Below are positions 51,824 through 61,869 of a stretch of DNA of 64,000 bases, piece by piece (position 1 is the stretch's first letter; every line of letters begins with the position of its first letter). The DNA comes from Candidatus Margulisiibacteriota bacterium (GTDB lineage Bacteria; Margulisbacteria; Marinamargulisbacteria; JBFWNS01). The translations under genes were made by a program, and so were the position numbers. Below the pieces are notes generated by a model, which was given only the letters and a program-made list of their open reading frames with translations, was not told where the DNA came from and did not search any database. The DNA lies in contig JBFWNS010000005.1 in the NCBI GenBank assembly GCA_050250935.1, forward strand, positions 43,523 to 107,522, read 5' to 3'.

Positions 51824-53134
51824 TTATTGTCCTACACCGTAATAGGTGAATCCCTTTTGGGTTAAGACGCTTCTTTTGTAAATGTTTCGGGTGTCAAAAA
51901 CGATGGGGGAATTTTGTGTGGTTTTAATCAGATCAAAATCCAATTCCTTAAATTCGTTCCAATCGGTTAGCAAGACAAACAAATCGGCGTTTTGCAGGGC
52001 TTCATAGGGGTTTTGGGTGTAGGTTAGGGTAGGGTAAAGGGCTTTGAAATGGGGCATGGCTTCGGGGTCGTAACATTGGATGGTGGCCCCGAGTTTTAAA
52101 AGACCTTCGACTATCGTAAGGGCCGAAGATTCTCGGATATCATCGGTGTTGGCTTTAAAGGCCAGTCCCAAAATGCCGATGGTTTTGCCTGAAACCGAAC
52201 CCAGGATGGTGGTGATTTTGTTCAAAACCCATTGTTTTTGTTCGTCGTTAACTGTTTGGGCTGCCGAAACAATTTTAAGATCCACACCATGGGCTTGGCC
52301 GACTTGAAGCAGGGCTTGAGTGTCTTTGGGAAAGCAAGAGCCCCCATAGCCTGGGCCTGGATTCAAGAAAAACTTCCCAATTCTGTGGTCTAGGCCCATG
52401 CCTTTTGAAATGTCATGAACGTTTGCGCCCACCGCTTCGCTGAGTCTGGCCATGTCGTTGATAAAGGAAATTTTGGTGGCCAAAAAGGCGTTGGCGGCAT
52501 ATTTAATCAGTTCGGCGCTTTCTAGGCTGGTTTTGAGAATGGGCACATCGTGATGGTCCAAGGGTTTATACAGCGCTTCGATCTCGGCCAAGGCCTCGTC
52601 GGAAGTTCCCCCAAGCACCACACGATCGGGCTCAAAAAAATCATCCAGTGCGCAGCCTTCTCGCAAAAATTCTGGATTCGAGATCACTGCAAAGTGGGTT
52701 TGGGGAACCCCAGCGTTTAGTAGCTGGGTTTGAATGCGTTTACACGTGCCCACCGGAACCGTGCTTTTATTCACCACAATGGTTCGGGTAGATTTGGTTT
52801 TGATGGCTGTGGCAATGGTGTCCACGGCCTGAAACAAATAGGTTAAGTTGGCACTACCATCGGGGTTGGGTGGGGTTCCCACAGCGGTGAACACAATGTC
52901 GGCGTTTGGTAGTTCGGATGCCAAATCGGTCGAGAAACGCAGGCGTTTGGCTTCGAGGTTTTTTACAATTAAAGCTTCTAGTCCAGGTTCAAAAATGGGG
53001 GATTTTCCGGTTTTGAGCAGGGCAATTTTGTCGGGGTTAATGTCCAAACCGATCACGTGGTGACCAAAATCGGCCAAACACGTGGCCGTGACCAAGCCGA
53101 CATAGCCGGTTCCTAAAACGGCAATGGTTTTCAT
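51824..53134 (-). CDS. ugd: UDP-glucose 6-dehydrogenase
   Basis: GTGYVG, KSTVPVGT, NPEFLREG, GYGGSCFPKD and FKANTDDIRES. Confidence 0.93.
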   Translation of the reverse strand: MKTIAVLGTGYVGLVTATCLADFGHHVIGLDINPDKIALLKTGKSPIFEPGLEALIVKNLEAKRLRFSTDLASELPNADIVFTAVGTPPNPDGSANLTYLFQAVDTIATAIKTKSTRTIVVNKSTVPVGTCKRIQTQLLNAGVPQTHFAVISNPEFLREGCALDDFFEPDRVVLGGTSDEALAEIEALYKPLDHHDVPILKTSLESAELIKYAANAFLATKISFINDMARLSEAVGANVHDISKGMGLDHRIGKFFLNPGPGYGGSCFPKDTQALLQVGQAHGVDLKIVSAAQTVNDEQKQWVLNKITTILGSVSGKTIGILGLAFKANTDDIRESSALTIVEGLLKLGATIQCYDPEAMPHFKALYPTLTYTQNPYEALQNADLFVLLTDWNEFKELDFDLIKTTQNSPIVFDTRNIYKRSVLTQKGFTYYGVGQ

Positions 53135-54012
53135 GAAATGAGCTCCAAGGTTATTTTTCCGTCTTCAAGGGTGGCCAAATCGGTGGGTGTTTCGGGGTTT
53201 TCGCACAAGCCCAGAAAGGCCGCCAATTCTAGCCGAAGGGCTTCGCCTTTTTTGACATATTTGGATTGTACGGTATGCCCGTTGTGATGGGGCTCGGAAA
53301 AGGTCAGTTCTTGGGTTAACAGGTCAGCTTGATACAACCCGTTTTCCGTAAACACCTCGACCAGTCGCCGACGCATGGGGCTATGCCAATGGGTTTGAAT
53401 CAGGCCAGAAATGCCAGACTGGGTTTTGAGTACCAACGTGGCATAGTCTTCCTGGGTGGCATGGACCCACTGCTGTTTTGAAATGGCAATTTCAGAAATC
53501 GTACTGCCTAAAAAGCGAATCAGATCCAAATCGTGGACGGCCAAATCGGCCAAAATGCCCACATCTTGAATCCGTGCTGGAAAAGGGCTAAGGCGTTGAA
53601 TATGAATGGCCCGAATGGTTGTGCCATGCAGGGCGTGTTTGAGGGCTTGAATAGCAGGGTTAAACCGTTCGACATGTCCCACGACCAAGGGGGTTTTGTG
53701 GGTGTTGCGAAGCTCGATCAGGGATTGGGCTTCTGTGGGGGTGGTGGCAACGGGTTTTTCGATCAGAGTGGGAATGCCTTGCTCGATAAAAGATCTTGCC
53801 ACGGCATAGTGAAATTGAGTGGGAACCGCAACGATGGCGGCATCTACTTTTTCTTGGGCCAATAGGTCCAAATGGGTGGCATACACAGGGCCAGCAGGGT
53901 GGTTTTTGACCAGGGCATCGGCCAGGACAATTCGGATTCCGGGAAACTGACCCAGGACGGTTACGTGGTTTTTCCCCATAACCCCCAGACCCACGACGGC
54001 GATGGTTTTCAT
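53131..54012 (-). CDS. Gfo/Idh/MocA oxidoreductase (WbpB/WlbA-like sugar 3-dehydrogenase)
   Basis: Starts MKTIAVVGLGVMG (ATGA overlap with wecB). IEKP, GHVERFNP and DLAVHDLD. Confidence 0.85.
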   Translation of the reverse strand: MKTIAVVGLGVMGKNHVTVLGQFPGIRIVLADALVKNHPAGPVYATHLDLLAQEKVDAAIVAVPTQFHYAVARSFIEQGIPTLIEKPVATTPTEAQSLIELRNTHKTPLVVGHVERFNPAIQALKHALHGTTIRAIHIQRLSPFPARIQDVGILADLAVHDLDLIRFLGSTISEIAISKQQWVHATQEDYATLVLKTQSGISGLIQTHWHSPMRRRLVEVFTENGLYQADLLTQELTFSEPHHNGHTVQSKYVKKGEALRLELAAFLGLCENPETPTDLATLEDGKITLELIS

Positions 54013-55127
54013 AGGTGTTCCTTTATCAGGTTTAAAATTTGGGTGCAGGTGGTGCCGTCCCCATAGGGATTCACGGCTGTGGCCATGGCGGCATAGGCTG
54101 CAGAATCGGTCAGCAAACGGGTGGCTTCGGCCACAATCTGGGTCGGATTGGTGCCAATCAGTTTGGCGGTTCCGGCGTCGATCCCTTCGGTACGTTCGGT
54201 TACGGTTCGGGTGACGAGCACGGGTTTTCCCAAGGCTGGGGCTTCTTCTTGAATGCCCCCGGAATCTGTAATGACCAGCTGACAGGCGTTTAACAACCAC
54301 AACAGGTGGGGATACGGCAGGGGATCAATCAGATGAATGCGCGTGTGATTCCCCAATATCCGAAAAACAGGTTCCTGAACATTGGGATTCAAATGAACCG
54401 GATAGACAATGCTTGTGTTTTCAAGGGTGTCAGCCAGGGTTTTTAGAGCCAAACAAAACTCTTCGAAGGGTTTTCCGAAGCTTTCCCTGCGGTGGCCGGT
54501 GACCAAGATTATTTTTTGGGAAAAGTCGATGTTTTGTTGGGCAAAAAAGCTGGCATACTGGGACTCGTTTTGCTTGATTTTTTCGAGACCCAAAAACAAG
54601 GCATCGATCACCGTATTGCCGACAACCCATACGTCTTTATGGATGTTTTCACAGGCCAAGTTGGCTTTGGCTTTTGGGGTTGGGGCAAAGTGGAAATCCG
54701 CCAAATGACCGGCCATAATCCGGTTGATTTCTTCTGGAAACGGCGACTGTTTTTGACCACTGCGAAGGCCAGCTTCCACATGAGCTACTTTGGTTTGGGT
54801 GTAAAATCCAGCCAAGGCCCCAATAAAGGCCGTGGTGGTGTCGCCTTGAACCACCAGCAAATCTGGTTTTGCAGTTGCAATGACGGCTTGAAGCCCTTTA
54901 AGCCCTTCGGCTGTAATGTCGAATAGGGTTTGATTGGGTTTCATCAGGTTCAAATCGAAGTCTGGGACAATGCCAAAAAAGGCCAGCACCTGGTCCAACA
55001 TTTCCCTGTGTTGGCCGGTTACACACACCTGTGTCACAAAGTGGGGATCTTCTTTGAAGCGCAGGACCAAAGGGGCTAGCTTGATGGCTTCTGGGCGTGT
55101 TCCAAAAACAAACAGCGCCGATTTCAT
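54009..55127 (-). CDS. wecB: non-hydrolysing UDP-GlcNAc 2-epimerase
   Basis: FGTRPEAIK, QGDTTT, HVEAGLRS, HRRES and DSGGIQEE. Confidence 0.95.
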   Translation of the reverse strand: MKSALFVFGTRPEAIKLAPLVLRFKEDPHFVTQVCVTGQHREMLDQVLAFFGIVPDFDLNLMKPNQTLFDITAEGLKGLQAVIATAKPDLLVVQGDTTTAFIGALAGFYTQTKVAHVEAGLRSGQKQSPFPEEINRIMAGHLADFHFAPTPKAKANLACENIHKDVWVVGNTVIDALFLGLEKIKQNESQYASFFAQQNIDFSQKIILVTGHRRESFGKPFEEFCLALKTLADTLENTSIVYPVHLNPNVQEPVFRILGNHTRIHLIDPLPYPHLLWLLNACQLVITDSGGIQEEAPALGKPVLVTRTVTERTEGIDAGTAKLIGTNPTQIVAEATRLLTDSAAYAAMATAVNPYGDGTTCTQILNLIKEHL

Positions 55128-57619
55128 TATTTAATGATTTTCAAGAAGCTTAAGCTGGTGGCGATATTAAAGAGAATTTGGGTCCAATCTACAATTGCTT
55201 TGGTCCAGTTGATGTCAATTTTCGGTTTTTCGGGCACATAAACCATGTCCCCGCGTTCGACAACGCCAGGATTTTTCAGAATAGAGCCATTGGCTTTAAT
55301 GACCAAAACGTTGCCTCGGTCGGCATAGTCGCTAAAGCCACCCACCAAATCGATGTAATGATTGGGCGATTTGTTGTCTTCGAAAGCAATGCCTGTGGAT
55401 TTTTGAACCCCACCCACCACCAAAATGGCATTGGGAATCGTGGGTACGGTTAAGGAATCCCCATCTTTAACTTCGAAATCGTCTTTAGAACCTTTAAAAT
55501 CCTTGTTGATGGCAATAATAACGCGACCTGTATTTTCTTCAATGCGTTTTTGTAAAAAAGCCATGGCTTCGGTATAGGCTTTGCTGGTTTCTGCGCCGTT
55601 GGGGTTCACAGAAGCATTGGGGTTCACTTCATAAATAATGCGTTTTTGTTCTTGCTCAAGAATAATTTTTTGACCTTCTTGGGTTTTGTCTTTCAAGGCT
55701 TCTCGTTTGAAAATGCTGCCAGGCAGAAAGGCGTATTGGGTAAATCCGCCGGCTTTGGCAATGACATCGCTTAAATGTTCGCCGGGTAAACAAATGTAGG
55801 TGCCTGGGAAAGCCACTTCGCCACTTAGGGTGATTTTGCGAATTTTGGTGGCCTCTGCATTTTCACGAATAAAAATATGGTCGCCAGGTTTTAGGGTGAT
55901 GTTCTCTGTGGCATTTGGATTTTTCAAAAACCGTTCCAAATCTAGGGTTAAGGTTTCGTTGGGTGCATCGGGCAATTTTCTGTAAATTTCCACGCGGTTG
56001 AGTTCGGCAAAAGGGGTTGGGGTGGCCAAAAAGACCACATCGCTAACACTCATGTCTTTGAGCAGTTTGTAGTTTCCCGGTTTTTTAACAGCCCCTTCGA
56101 TGGACACATCGCGAATGCCGTAAATGTCGGCGTTGCTATAAATTTTGATGCGGTCCCATTCTTTGAGCGGGGTTTTAAGGTTTGCTGGCAAGGAAAGGTC
56201 CACATAGATGAGCTGGCGTTGGTCGTTGGAGACATAGCGCAAAATCTCCACCCGTTTCATAAAGGATTCTTCTTTGGTGCCTTCTGCGGATTTTAGCAGA
56301 TCCCCAATGGTTGGGTTGGCTTTCAGGTCGTATTCGCCAGGGCGTTTAATGTTGCCTTCAATCCCCACAAAATTGTGTTTGTCTTCGGAAATGGGCAGAA
56401 TGGTTACGATATCGCCGTTTTGCAAAATTCGGTTTTTAAGTTCGTCTTTAAGGTCGTCGAAGGTGTTAAATTTATAGTCCAACAGCGAGAGTTTTTGGTT
56501 GTCGACAATGCGTTGAATTTGAATGCGTTTGGTGTAGGAGCCAGGGGTGGTGCCGCCGCTCAGGTTCATAATGCCATCAAAAACAGAGGTGTTGGGGGCC
56601 AATTCGAAAATAGCAGGCCGTTTGACCATGCCACGAATGGCGGCGACATCGCCAATTGAGGGGACAAAAATCGTGTCGAAGGGTTGCAGTTGAATGTCTT
56701 GGTAGCGGTCTCCGCGTAGCAGGTAGTCGTAGAGATCGATTGTTTTAACCACTTGGTTTCGACGTTTAATCAGCACTTTGCGCAAAGAGCCCATTTTGGT
56801 GGGGCCTTCGGCAACATACAGGGCCATAAAAGCAGTGGTTAGGGATGGCAAATCGTAGGCGCCAGGTTTGTTGACATCGCCCAAAACAAAGACCTTAATG
56901 GTCCGTAATTGTGCGATCGAGACACTGACATCGAAGTTGGCATAGTCTTTGGAAAGGCTTTGTTTAATGCGGGGGGCAACACTGCCCAAGCTGGAGCCTG
57001 CCAAGCTTAAATAGCCTACTTTTGGCATGAAGATTTTACCATTTTGGTCGATGGTGACATCAATTTTTTCTTCGACTTTCCCCCAAATCTGAATGGTTAA
57101 GGCGTCGCCAGGGCCCAAAATATAGCTGCTGCCAACGGGTACGTCTTTCAGGTTGAACCCGGTATAAGAGGATTGGCGAAACATGGCATAGCCAAATTGT
57201 TCGAGTTTTGTGGGGCTGGGATCTAGGGTGTCGGGTGTTTTAGTGGAACTGGAAGGGGAGGTGCTGGTGGAAGACGCAATGGAAAAATTCAGTTTATCGG
57301 TGTCGGCATATTGAAACGATTGTTCGATTCGAGAGGGCATTGGGGCTGGGGATAGCACGGTTTTGCCAGAACCTGCGCTGTCGGAGGTCATATTTGGGGG
57401 TTGGATGTTGGGTATACTTTCAGCTTTGATTTGGTCGAGAGGCTTTCCCACAGCCCCTGCTTGTTGTTGAACCTTTTCTTTCTCTGCAGCGGTCAGGTTC
57501 TGGTACATGTTCAGGTAGGCTGGGAGTGGGCTTTGTGCCTGAATAAAGACAGGTTGTGCAATCAATAGCAGAGCCAAGAGCCAGCACAGGGCAAATTTGA
57601 AGCGTTTGAAAGGGGTCAT
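55127..57619 (-). CDS. polysaccharide export protein with a Poly_export domain and multiple SLBB repeats (KpsD/Wza-like)
   Basis: Signal peptide, FGYAMF, YILGPGD and repeated G.V..PG.Y...L..GD units. Confidence 0.88.
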   Translation of the reverse strand: MTPFKRFKFALCWLLALLLIAQPVFIQAQSPLPAYLNMYQNLTAAEKEKVQQQAGAVGKPLDQIKAESIPNIQPPNMTSDSAGSGKTVLSPAPMPSRIEQSFQYADTDKLNFSIASSTSTSPSSSTKTPDTLDPSPTKLEQFGYAMFRQSSYTGFNLKDVPVGSSYILGPGDALTIQIWGKVEEKIDVTIDQNGKIFMPKVGYLSLAGSSLGSVAPRIKQSLSKDYANFDVSVSIAQLRTIKVFVLGDVNKPGAYDLPSLTTAFMALYVAEGPTKMGSLRKVLIKRRNQVVKTIDLYDYLLRGDRYQDIQLQPFDTIFVPSIGDVAAIRGMVKRPAIFELAPNTSVFDGIMNLSGGTTPGSYTKRIQIQRIVDNQKLSLLDYKFNTFDDLKDELKNRILQNGDIVTILPISEDKHNFVGIEGNIKRPGEYDLKANPTIGDLLKSAEGTKEESFMKRVEILRYVSNDQRQLIYVDLSLPANLKTPLKEWDRIKIYSNADIYGIRDVSIEGAVKKPGNYKLLKDMSVSDVVFLATPTPFAELNRVEIYRKLPDAPNETLTLDLERFLKNPNATENITLKPGDHIFIRENAEATKIRKITLSGEVAFPGTYICLPGEHLSDVIAKAGGFTQYAFLPGSIFKREALKDKTQEGQKIILEQEQKRIIYEVNPNASVNPNGAETSKAYTEAMAFLQKRIEENTGRVIIAINKDFKGSKDDFEVKDGDSLTVPTIPNAILVVGGVQKSTGIAFEDNKSPNHYIDLVGGFSDYADRGNVLVIKANGSILKNPGVVERGDMVYVPEKPKIDINWTKAIVDWTQILFNIATSLSFLKIIK

Positions 57620-57670
57620 AAGAGGTTCTTTTTCTTTTGGTTTTTGGGATTGAAACGACTCTCTAATTTA

Positions 57671-58666
57671 TCACAGAGGAATTGTCGTTGACAAACCAGA
57701 ATTCCGCCATTGGCGAGCGTGGCGAATCATGTCTTCCAAGCCTGGAAATTGGGGTGTCCAGCCCAAAATGGCTTTCGCTTTTGTCGCGTTGGCAACCAAA
57801 ATGGCGGGGTCTCCGTCTCGCCTTGGGCCAAAGGTGTGGGGTATGGGTTGGCCCAGTTCTTTTTCGGCAGCTTTTAGAACGTTTAGCACCGAAAAACCCT
57901 GTCCATTTCCCAAGTTCAGGGTGATCGATTCTGAACCCGAAAGCAAATAGTCCAGCCCCAAAACATGGGCTTCTGCCAGGTCCACCACATGGACATAGTC
58001 GCGAATACAGGTGCCGTCTGGGGTTGGGTAGTTGTTGCCAAAAATGGTCAGGGGTGGGCGACGGCCCGAGGCGGCGTCAAGCATCAGCGGAATCAGATGG
58101 GTTTCGGGAACATGGCTTTCGCCGATTTGCCCTTCGGGGTCAGACCCGCAGGCATTAAAATAGCGAAAGCAAAGGTGTTTGGTGCCATAGGCTGTGGCGA
58201 AATCGGCCAACATGTTTTCGATGATTAATTTGTTTTGGCCGTAGGGGTTTACAGGGTTTGTGGGGTGGGTTTCGTCGATAGAGGGGGTTAAGGGTTCGCC
58301 ATAAACGGCTGCTGTGGACGAAAAGACAATTTTGGAAACCCCAGCTTCAACCAGGGTTTGAAAATAGGCAATCGAAGCCCCCACGTTGTTGGCATAATAT
58401 TTGGCTGGATTTTGCACCGACTCGCCCACATTAATAAAGGCCGCAAAGTGTAAGGCCGCAATGGGGTTGTATTGGGCAATGGTCTCTAGCACTGCGTCTT
58501 TGTTGCAGATGTCGGCCCTAACCAGAGGGCCCCATTGCACAAAGGATTCATAGCCGCTCACCAGGCTATCGATGACCACAGGGGTATAGCCCCGTTTCGA
58601 CAAGGCTTTGCAAACCTGAGACCCGATAAATCCAGCGCCACCACTAACCAAAACCGCTTTGTCCAT
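57671..58666 (-). CDS. galE: UDP-glucose 4-epimerase
   Basis: GGAGFIG, VGESV, SSTAAVYG, RYFNACG, ETHLIP and DGTCIRDYVHV. Confidence 0.95.
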   Translation of the reverse strand: MDKAVLVSGGAGFIGSQVCKALSKRGYTPVVIDSLVSGYESFVQWGPLVRADICNKDAVLETIAQYNPIAALHFAAFINVGESVQNPAKYYANNVGASIAYFQTLVEAGVSKIVFSSTAAVYGEPLTPSIDETHPTNPVNPYGQNKLIIENMLADFATAYGTKHLCFRYFNACGSDPEGQIGESHVPETHLIPLMLDAASGRRPPLTIFGNNYPTPDGTCIRDYVHVVDLAEAHVLGLDYLLSGSESITLNLGNGQGFSVLNVLKAAEKELGQPIPHTFGPRRDGDPAILVANATKAKAILGWTPQFPGLEDMIRHARQWRNSGLSTTIPL

Positions 58667-58674
58667 GGGGGTCG

Positions 58675-58683
58675 ACTATATCA
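58675..58683 (-). promoter_or_regulatory. extended -10 element 8 nt before the galE ATG, overlapping the secretin stop
   Basis: The minus strand reads TGA-TATAGT-cgaccccc-ATG. Confidence 0.6.
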
Positions 58684-59728
58684 CTGACGGATTTTCTGTT
58701 GCAAACCGTGGGGTAATCAAAAACAGGACATCGGTTCGGCTGGTTTCGGTTTGCTGTCCCCGAAACAATCCCCCAACAAGGGGCAGATCGGCTAAAAATG
58801 GAATTTGGGTTTGGTTGTTTTTGGTTTCTTCTTGTAACAGGCCGGCAATTACCAGGGTCTGGTTGTTTTCCAACTGCACGGTGGTGTCGGTTTTTCGGGT
58901 GGCCAAAACAGGGTATTGTCCGCTGCCAAATTCCTTCCAGACCTTGGCGTTGATAATGGTGGCATTAATATTGCTTAAAACGGTGGTTTTCGAGTTCAAT
59001 TTTGGTGTAATGTCCAAGGCAATGCCGGTGTCGACATATTGCACTTGTTGGGACACCGTACGGTCCTGAAAAATCGCCGTTACATAGGGAACGCGGTCGC
59101 CGACTTGGATGCTGGATTTGCTGTTGTCTAGGGTCGATACGGTGGGCTTGGCCAGAACCTTGGCTTTTCCTTCGGTAATCAGTTGGGACAAGGCGCCTTG
59201 AAGGCCTTGAAGGGGCAGTAATTTTCCCGATTCAAAGTCATAATTAATGGCAAATCCGTCGGTAAGGCTGTTAAAAAATGGTTTCCACAAGCTGTTGTTT
59301 TGGTCGGCGACTTCCACAATTTCAATTTCAAACACGATTCGGGCTAGGGGGCTGTCCAGTTGTTCGGCCAGGGCTTTGATGGGTGCCCAGTCTTCGGGTG
59401 TGGCCCAGGCCAACAATTGCCTCGAGCGGGTGTCGGCGCCGATTCTAACCTCGGGAAAGAGGGCTTGAAGTGTTACTTTTAAGAGGGCTGGGTCGCTGTT
59501 ATTCAATTGCAGTGTTTGGGGTAGAGGGCCGATGAAGGGCGGTGGCTCTTCTGTTCTGGGCTGGGGTTTTTGAACAGTGATAGCTGGTTTGGGTGCAGGG
59601 GGTTTTGGGGCCAGAAGTTTTTGCAGGATCTCGATTTTGGGATTCAAAGGTTGAGCCGGAAAGACCCAGCTGGGGGTTCCCGTCAGGCTCAATACGATCA
59701 ATAGGACGATTCTGGTTTTGGTTTTCAC
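58676..59728 (-). CDS. short secretin (PilQ/GspD/HofQ family)
   Basis: Signal peptide, one N3 domain, LAKPTVSTLDN, GIALDITP and IPFLADLPLVGGLFR...LFLITPR. Confidence 0.9.
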   Translation of the reverse strand: MKTKTRIVLLIVLSLTGTPSWVFPAQPLNPKIEILQKLLAPKPPAPKPAITVQKPQPRTEEPPPFIGPLPQTLQLNNSDPALLKVTLQALFPEVRIGADTRSRQLLAWATPEDWAPIKALAEQLDSPLARIVFEIEIVEVADQNNSLWKPFFNSLTDGFAINYDFESGKLLPLQGLQGALSQLITEGKAKVLAKPTVSTLDNSKSSIQVGDRVPYVTAIFQDRTVSQQVQYVDTGIALDITPKLNSKTTVLSNINATIINAKVWKEFGSGQYPVLATRKTDTTVQLENNQTLVIAGLLQEETKNNQTQIPFLADLPLVGGLFRGQQTETSRTDVLFLITPRFATENPSVI

Positions 59729-60081
59729 GGCTGCGTTCCTTCAAGAAAGGTTAAGGTGGCTGTCAGGGTGTAGTGGGTTTGCTCAAATGCAACTGAAAAT
59801 GTGGGAATGTCGAACCCATAGGTCGGGGCCAAGGCGCAGAGGGCTTTCAGGGTTTCGATGGGGGCTTGGGTTTGGCAGGTGATGTGCCATTGGAAAGGTT
59901 TTTGGTCGAGAATTTGAACCGGCTCGTTTAGGGTTTTGGCTAAAATTTGCAGGGTAAGGGTTGGTTTTTTGGGCGAATGGAACTGGAGTTTTGCAATGCT
60001 GGTCCAACATAAAATGCCTGCCACAAGGGTGGCCAGGGTTGGGAGCAACAGGGGTTTGAAGGGGTCTAGAAACTGGGGCAT
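59725..60081 (-). CDS. hypothetical single-TM protein (possible PilO/GspM-like)
   Basis: N-terminal TM helix. Its stop overlaps the secretin GTG start. Confidence 0.55.
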   Translation of the reverse strand: MPQFLDPFKPLLLPTLATLVAGILCWTSIAKLQFHSPKKPTLTLQILAKTLNEPVQILDQKPFQWHITCQTQAPIETLKALCALAPTYGFDIPTFSVAFEQTHYTLTATLTFLEGTQP

Positions 60082-60662
60082 TTTAGGGTGCCTTCGATGG
60101 TGTTTACACCATCGTTAAGTGCCGTAATGGTATGGTCGGTGTGACTCAACGGGGCTTCCAAATCGGATGTGGCCGAGGCAATGCCCGAAAACGTTAGATG
60201 GTTGGCTTTAAACGCCAAGCGGAGGGTCAAAAATCCCTCGGCGTCCATGCTTTCCAAAAAAGGGAGGACTGTTTTAAGGGGAGAAGCGGGTGTGGGGAGG
60301 GGTTTTTGGGGAATCCAGCTAGAGACTGCCCAACCCAGCAATAGCACAACACAAGGTAAGTACAACCACCCATTGTGGGTCAGGCCAAACAAAGCATTTG
60401 TATTCAAAAGGGTTTTTACAGGATGAGGGTACAGGGCTTTTTCAATAAGGGTTAAGGCAGTCGATTTGGAGTGTGGGAGTTGGTCTAGGGTTTGAATCAA
60501 GCACGGACTCAACGAAATAGCCGCTTTTGAAGGCAAGGGTTCAGAAATCAGTGTGGAAAGGGTCGGATTCGGTTGGTTTATCCACTCAAAAAAGGAAACG
60601 GGAAGGGTTTTAGCCCCAATCGAGAGTTTGTCTGCAAAAAGTGTGATGACAGGGGTAGGCAT
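60066..60662 (-). CDS. hypothetical bitopic protein (possible PilN/GspL-like)
   Basis: Central TM helix followed by LTFSGIA, which recalls PilN. First gene of the secretin operon. Confidence 0.55.
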   Translation of the reverse strand: MPTPVITLFADKLSIGAKTLPVSFFEWINQPNPTLSTLISEPLPSKAAISLSPCLIQTLDQLPHSKSTALTLIEKALYPHPVKTLLNTNALFGLTHNGWLYLPCVVLLLGWAVSSWIPQKPLPTPASPLKTVLPFLESMDAEGFLTLRLAFKANHLTFSGIASATSDLEAPLSHTDHTITALNDGVNTIEGTLKCPSF

Positions 60663-60669
60663 GGCCTAG

Positions 60670-60698
60670 AATTTAGACAATAAATAAAAATGCGTCAA
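60670..60698 (-). promoter_or_regulatory. sigma70 promoter of the secretin operon (probably leaderless)
   Basis: The minus strand reads TTGACG, 17 bp, TAAATT, 7 nt, then ATG (60662). Confidence 0.6.
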
Positions 60699-60714
60699 TA
60701 TATTATTTTTATAA

Positions 60715-61869
<1,155 letters not shown>

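Noticed and set aside
24192..54300. Long N-terminal extensions in the ORF track (starts 24269, 25270, 29359, 43274, 49007 and 54300)
   Set aside because: Most overlap neighbouring genes. ATGA coupling, RBS position or family N-termini support starts at 24191, 25153, 29221, 43124, 49055 and 54012.
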